Assembly (NCBI GenBank): GCA_003693705.1
Contig: RBZT01000419.1
Span: 62,001-126,000 of the forward strand
From: Polymyxa betae A26-41
Lineage: Eukaryota; Protista; Endomyxa: Phytomyxea
Direction of reading: 5' to 3'
Length of the DNA: 64,000 nt
Shown piece after piece: positions 58,631-64,000 of this stretch (within the stretch, counting starts at the first letter, position 1; every line of letters starts with the position of its first letter). A program made the position numbers and the translations under genes. A model generated the notes under the pieces. The model saw only the letters and a list, made by a program, of their open reading frames with translations. It was not told where the DNA came from and did no database searches.

Positions 58631-59391
58631 TCAGAGCTATACATTTCCGTCATTGCAAGAGGTAGCAGATGTATAAATTGTCAGCTGACATATCTGCGAA
58701 TGATGGCGGTCGCTTTGGTGTGGTGGATTTTGCGTTGATGATGAGATCTTAATACGTATGGACGGCAATGCTGCGTCTCTGCACCTTGGTCAACACAGGC
58801 CCAACATGACTTCTTGACAGCCTACCGCAGTAACGAAACAGGTGTGAAAAAAATTGCGCGTCTGCAAGCATGCTGTTCTGACAGGTGGTAATAAACGAAT
58901 CGACAATTCGATGACTTATGAGTTATGAACCACAGAATCACACATCTGTTGCAATTTTATTACTAAATGTGGTCTGGAGATCAGGATATGGGCCATAATG
59001 TACAACAAAACTTTCCATTTTATAATGCCATAAAGAGTTTTCTGCGAATGTCCATTGTGGACCATAATGGTGATCGATAATGGAGGGACAGCCCGATAAT
59101 TCATGATTTCCGTCATGGACCATAAAGAGTTGCGAAATGACCCATTTTGGAAATAAATTATGCACGCCTGAAAACCCTCATGCAGTCCAGGAATTTCTCA
59201 TGCCGGTACGGTATCAAACATACCATACGTATTATCCAAGGTTTTCATTTGTAGATGGTTTGACATTAAATACGAATCGGATGGAGAATCGGTTCAGCTA
59301 TCCATCGTGGAATCGACAGTGGGCCATTCAGTAGACTGGCACGCGTCACGACCTTTCTTTGGTCATTCTTGGTTCTTAAGCTCTGATCGAC

Positions 59392-60106
59392 ATGAATGCC
59401 GTTGGGGTCCTGACCATTGCTCTGTTTTTTGCTGCTTTCTGTTCTGCCAACGATTACACAATATCTAAGTTAGATCCTAGATGTGCGGCTGCAAGCAATG
59501 AAGCTTCATGTTCAGCTCTAGGTATGTCCTATCTTAGTCATATTACTCTCTGACAATTCATCAGGAAACGGTTGTGTGTTTGCTGGCAATACGTGTCAGT
59601 TTGACCGTTCATTGAAATGTTCGTCTTTATGGGGTTCAGTCTATAAAGGTGCCCTGTTAAAATCATTGTCTTGTGGTGCTACGTCTTCAGATCATTGCCC
59701 ATCACCATCTTGCACTGAGGCTGCAGCAGACATGTATGCTTCTCTGCGAATCAAATATGACATGGCCGATTTCCTCAGCTACAATTCATTGTATTTTGAG
59801 ATTGCACTCTGGCCGAAAGCGAATCAAGCCGCTCTTGAAGACGATTTAGCATTATGTTCCAGCGAAGTGACTACTGCTGCTGATCTGAAAGCGACACAAT
59901 TCAGTCCAGATGCTTGTCTTGTATCGGATGATCTTGCCAAAAGCGCATATGCAGCAGCATTTAGTGGGTTAACATCGACATCAACGTCATCAAATGCTGA
60001 TGGAGATAGTGGAAATGTTTCTAAAAGTGATGCATTTGCTCTTACATTATGGATGGTCATCACCACTATTTGTATTGCAGGAGCCGTTCACCATTTCATC
60101 CTGTAA
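59392..60106 (+). CDS. Cys-rich secreted surface protein, probably GPI-anchored
   Basis: Signal peptide MNAVGVLTIALFFAAFCSA. Intron 59522..59564. About 10 Cys, S/T/G linker and C-terminal hydrophobic tail with no cytosolic domain. Confidence 0.8.
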
Positions 60107-60665
60107 TTTTCAAAATTAATATATTGTCATTTTTAAGGTTATACAGAATATTTGATAGCCAGAAGGAAAGTGCTGGAAGGGTGGCCAATCGATGGACATT
60201 TATGGCTTCCATCTTAAGCTGCTCGTGGGGTTTCTTGGCAGAAGACACAACTTTTAAGTTGTGGTTGTAAACCTGTATTGCTTGAATTCGATAAGCCAGT
60301 AAGTTCAACTTCATTATCCGTTTAAGAGCAATTCGTCAAGTAGAGACAGTGCTTCGGCCAGCATTGACAACATACCTTGAATAGGCATCATGACGGGTTT
60401 GTCACTCTTTCAAAATAAGGTCGGGAATATATTTGTCGACCATTTCATCAGGTTCACATTGGACTGCGGTCTCAGGTAGTGCTGACGAGTCACATTTCAG
60501 AGCGGAAAGGTCAGATCTTTGATCTTCTTGTAATGTTACATAAACATGGAGTCATGTCTGCTGCTGCAGCCCTCTTCCAGTCCTTAAACACATCTGATCA
60601 CCTTACTGATCTCCAGATCAGTGATACCTGGTTTTATATCGGCCAGGCGAACCGGTCGCCAACGA

Positions 60666-63199
60666 ATGTCGGCGTCGATACAGCCGCTAGGCACGACGAT
60701 TCTTTCCAATTTCACCTTGTTCGAAAACAATGGTCGCTTTGTTTTATGTGGAACTGATGATCAAGGAGAGAGATATCGCGTTTTGCAAATTGAATTAGTA
60801 CGACCGTTGTTATTTTTTTGAACTTTATCTAAACGGCTCTAGGATGGCTCGGGACGTCCAGTTATTACTGAGCATTCTGAAACTTGCGACTCTCGATCGT
60901 TGCGTCGTTGGCTCGCTGAACATTCTGGGTCCGAAGCCTTTCAGGTTCGACTTCGAGCAGTCGCCTTTCTTGGCTTCATTTGTCTTTTGGACAATGATTG
61001 GCATATGCACTATGTCACTGAACGATCAGTCGTGGGCTTAGTAGGAGGCAACAAGGTGTACCGAATTGGTGGTGCTACGTTAGTACCAATGAGAACGGAA
61101 CTTGAATCTGTTATTCCTCCGCTGGTGCAAAAGTATAGATCGTTATTTAACGCTGTTGATATGTCTAAGGTTGATTGCTCCTAATGCAACCGCTCAGTTT
61201 GTTTTAAGATTGGATTATGGCAGGATTTTTATTATTCAGACGCGTTTGATTTGACAAGAACTTTGCAAGATAATGTCGTCAAGCCGAACACTTCTGTATA
61301 CAACAGCTGTCCTTTTGAAAAACAACTAATGCACATTTTTTATATAGATTGAGAGTTTTTATTGCTGGAATTTTATTTCAATCCAAACTGCGCTTAGAAT
61401 GAGGTGCCCAGAATATTGGCTAACTCCAATCATTTACGGGTTCTTTGAACAACAAATCATCGAACTGTAAGCGATAAAATATGTGTTCCTAGTCATCTTG
61501 GTTATTTTTAAATGCAGGTCTCCACCGATGAGGAATGTAATCATTACTTTGTTATGCAGGCGTTCAAGAATGATGGCTGGTACTCGTTATCAAAGACGTG
61601 GACTGTCAATTTCAAATCGAGGCGAGGTGGCAAATGAAGTACAAACAGAAATCTTTATAGCACAAGGCAACCAGTGGGAGTCTGATACACCCTATGCTGG
61701 TATGACGTTGCACCGAGGCTCAATTCCATTATTTTGGGGACACGATCAGGAAAAAGTATCCCAGCCAAAGCCAGGTTTCTTCTAGCACTGTTTTATTACT
61801 ATATTTTAATTTCAGACTTCAGATATCATATTTACTAGGAATGATCGGGACTTTGCTACAACGGAAATTCACTTCAAACGCATGCTTGATGTTTATTCGC
61901 CGCCTATTGTCTGTTTAAGTCTCATTCGGCAGGTACAGCTTATATCTGACGTTTCATGAGAATTGATTGATTCCTCAGGGAACTCATAAAGAATGCAGTA
62001 TTGGCTCAAAATATGATCTTGCTATACACGCGTTATCTGTTAACCAGCGATTTGGTGAGAACGATGTTCTGTATTTAAAATACGATTTTCTCGGAGAACA
62101 AAAAGCGGGAAAGAATATTGCCGAAGTATGCTCTCATCAGAATTTATTCGTCTCTAATGTTTGCAAGGAGATTAAACTGCTGACTGAGGATTATGCTCTA
62201 AAGATGGATTTCTTACTACACGATAAAGTTAAGTACTCATTAAACCGTCCAAAAAGAGTCCAAAGAGGTGTTTTCCGAGTGAATTGTAAATCTGATCGTT
62301 TTATCAACTGCTTCTGCTAATAGACGAATCCTGGTAGGCATCGACTGTTTGGACCGAACAAATTTTGTACAGTATCGTATCGCACAAAGATGCTTCGCCT
62401 CGTTTCTCCAGGCTCTTGGGTTGGGAGCCGACAACGATTGGGAGAACTCCTATCCTAAAATCAGTAATTGTCTCAAAGGTTGCATCCGATACAATTGTCT
62501 TGTTCGTTCTGACTTTGTTATTCAGATCTCTTTATGCATCACGGCGATCGCATTGCCAATCAATATGCAGGTCAGATATTACCAGTTTTTTATCTTACGT
62601 TCGTCTTAAAAGTGACGTTTCAGGAAGTGGCGCTATGCATAAGCATGCATTTTCATCGACCCAGACCGAGGAGTTGCAAGATCATGAAGAACAAGAACTG
62701 GATGTTGATAATCGGCTCACAATGGATCAAGTCAAAGGGAAGGTTATGAGTACATTTGGGAAGTTGAAGTCAAATGCTGCTAACAACAATGCTTTAACGG
62801 CTATTAAGCGTTTCTATTCAAATGCTGTAACCGGTAATTGGGTGGCAAACGCTTAGTTTGCTTTCTGATTCCATTCTAGATAGATCGAAAAATCAGGCAA
62901 TCCAAGTTTTCTTAGGGCATTTCAAACCGATCAGCATCGGTCCACACATCTGGTATCCAAAAACATGTCTAGGGTATTGAAAACTGACATTGCGTTACAG
63001 GGAATTACCGGCAGAAACAATTCATCAAGAAGAATTAACTTGGAGTGATGCTGATGAAATTCCACTGATATACCCATGGGCTGATCTGAAAGCTGCAAGA
63101 AAGAGCGAATCCAATTCCGATCTGGCAATTTCTGCGAATGATCTGATCGACCTCTCGTTTATCGACAGCAGCTCAGCGCCCGTCACGTTACACAAATGA
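60666..63199 (+). CDS. FIG4: SAC-domain phosphoinositide phosphatase, FIG4/SAC3-like (multi-exon)
   Basis: FTLFENNGRF, CRRSRMMAGTRYQRRG, GEVANEVQTE, RGSIPLFW, QRGVFRVNC|IDCLDRTN (Cx5RT), HGDRIANQYA|GSGAMH, AIKRFYSN. Confidence 0.88.
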
Positions 63200-63263
63200 T
63201 CGTTCAATGTAAAAAGACAGACAAATAAAGACAAGACTTATGTATCGAATAGATAGTAATGTG

Positions 63264-64000
63264 CTAGTGGACGTATATTGCAGAGAGTCTATCACAGGAA
63301 GTGGTCTTCATATCATGGGCTTCCGATAAAACCGTAGACTGACTTTCACCAAGCATCTATAAGAAATGAGTTATTGCCCAGATTAATAGAAATGTAACAA
63401 AACAAACCCCTTTTGCTCTCGCTATAGCAGCATCGCGATTCTTTTTTTCAATGTCGCAGGACTTTTGTAGATTCTGTATGTGAGCCATTGTAACCAGATG
63501 TTCAATTCGTGCAAGCGCACGTTTGTCATGGCCATACCATTGAGTGAATTGTGGCCGCACGAAATAAATTAAATTATGCTCTGCCGTGCTCCTTTGGATC
63601 ACGAACGCATTGGTCTTTTCTAAAGTAAACACTTCCCCGACGCCGCTATTGATACCAGGACGCCCAGCACCTTCTAACCGTGGGCCACTCCACATAGAGA
63701 ACATCAACAGGAATAAAACTGGAAGGAATTGCATTAGCAGCTGAAACCAAGGCGCAGGTTGCCGCTGTTGTTGAGCTTGCGCATCATGCGATGTGTGATG
63801 TCGGCCCCGCCTGCGTTGAAACTGTGGCATTCGATGTCCACCAGCTGAAAAGAACATGTTTAGAATGTCTTCTGGGGTGACAACATCTTCGTCGCCAGCA
63901 CGGTTTGCATAAGAAGAGTGAGCGCTCTGAGCATTAATGACTTGAGGATCCTCGGTCCCATATCGGTCATATGCAGTTTTTCTAGATCAGGGTGAAAACG
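63264..64000 (-). CDS. DNAJB12/14-like J-protein with TM helix and DUF1977 (5' end outside window)
   Basis: End of J-domain KTAYDRYG, TPEDILNMFF, TM LLMQFLPVLFLLMFS, lumenal R.T..HNLIYFV...IEHLV...L..SC. Confidence 0.82.

Noticed and set aside
1-64000. CRISPR arrays, rRNA, tRNA, snoRNA and prokaryotic operons
   Set aside because: No spaced repeats, cloverleafs or paired C/D boxes were found by eye; the sequence is intron-containing eukaryotic DNA.

Overview
Eukaryotic, gene-dense nuclear DNA with many short GT-AG introns (mostly about 45-110 nt) and very short intergenic spacers. Gene content and architecture suggest a compact protist genome, most plausibly a phytomyxid (Spongospora/Plasmodiophora-like); this assignment is inference only. 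About 28 protein-coding loci can be supported. They include a tandem pair of MINPP-type phytases, a RIF1-like HEAT protein, RPL22, HGSNAT, an LRRC61-like protein, ZSWIM7, a homeobox factor, katanin p80, a stand-alone response regulator, a giant Sel1-repeat protein, an intronless class VI-like chitin synthase, an ABCG half-transporter, a PLOD-type glycosyltransferase, POP4, EFTUD2/Snu114, a DUF1765 protein, a degenerate soluble adenylyl cyclase-like protein, a DHHC palmitoyltransferase, DPY30, a GPI-type Cys-rich surface protein, FIG4 and a DNAJB12/14-like protein. Mobile DNA comprises a 438-bp TA-flanked MITE missed by the ORF track, a decayed Ty3/Gypsy element and a probable Plavaka/CACTA-like relic. 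No CRISPR array, rRNA or tRNA was seen. The best candidate for a new system is the response regulator - giant Sel1 protein - class VI-like chitin synthase block (16.5-25.7 kb), a hypothesis based on adjacency and family knowledge. Exon boundaries were read by eye and are approximate where stated.
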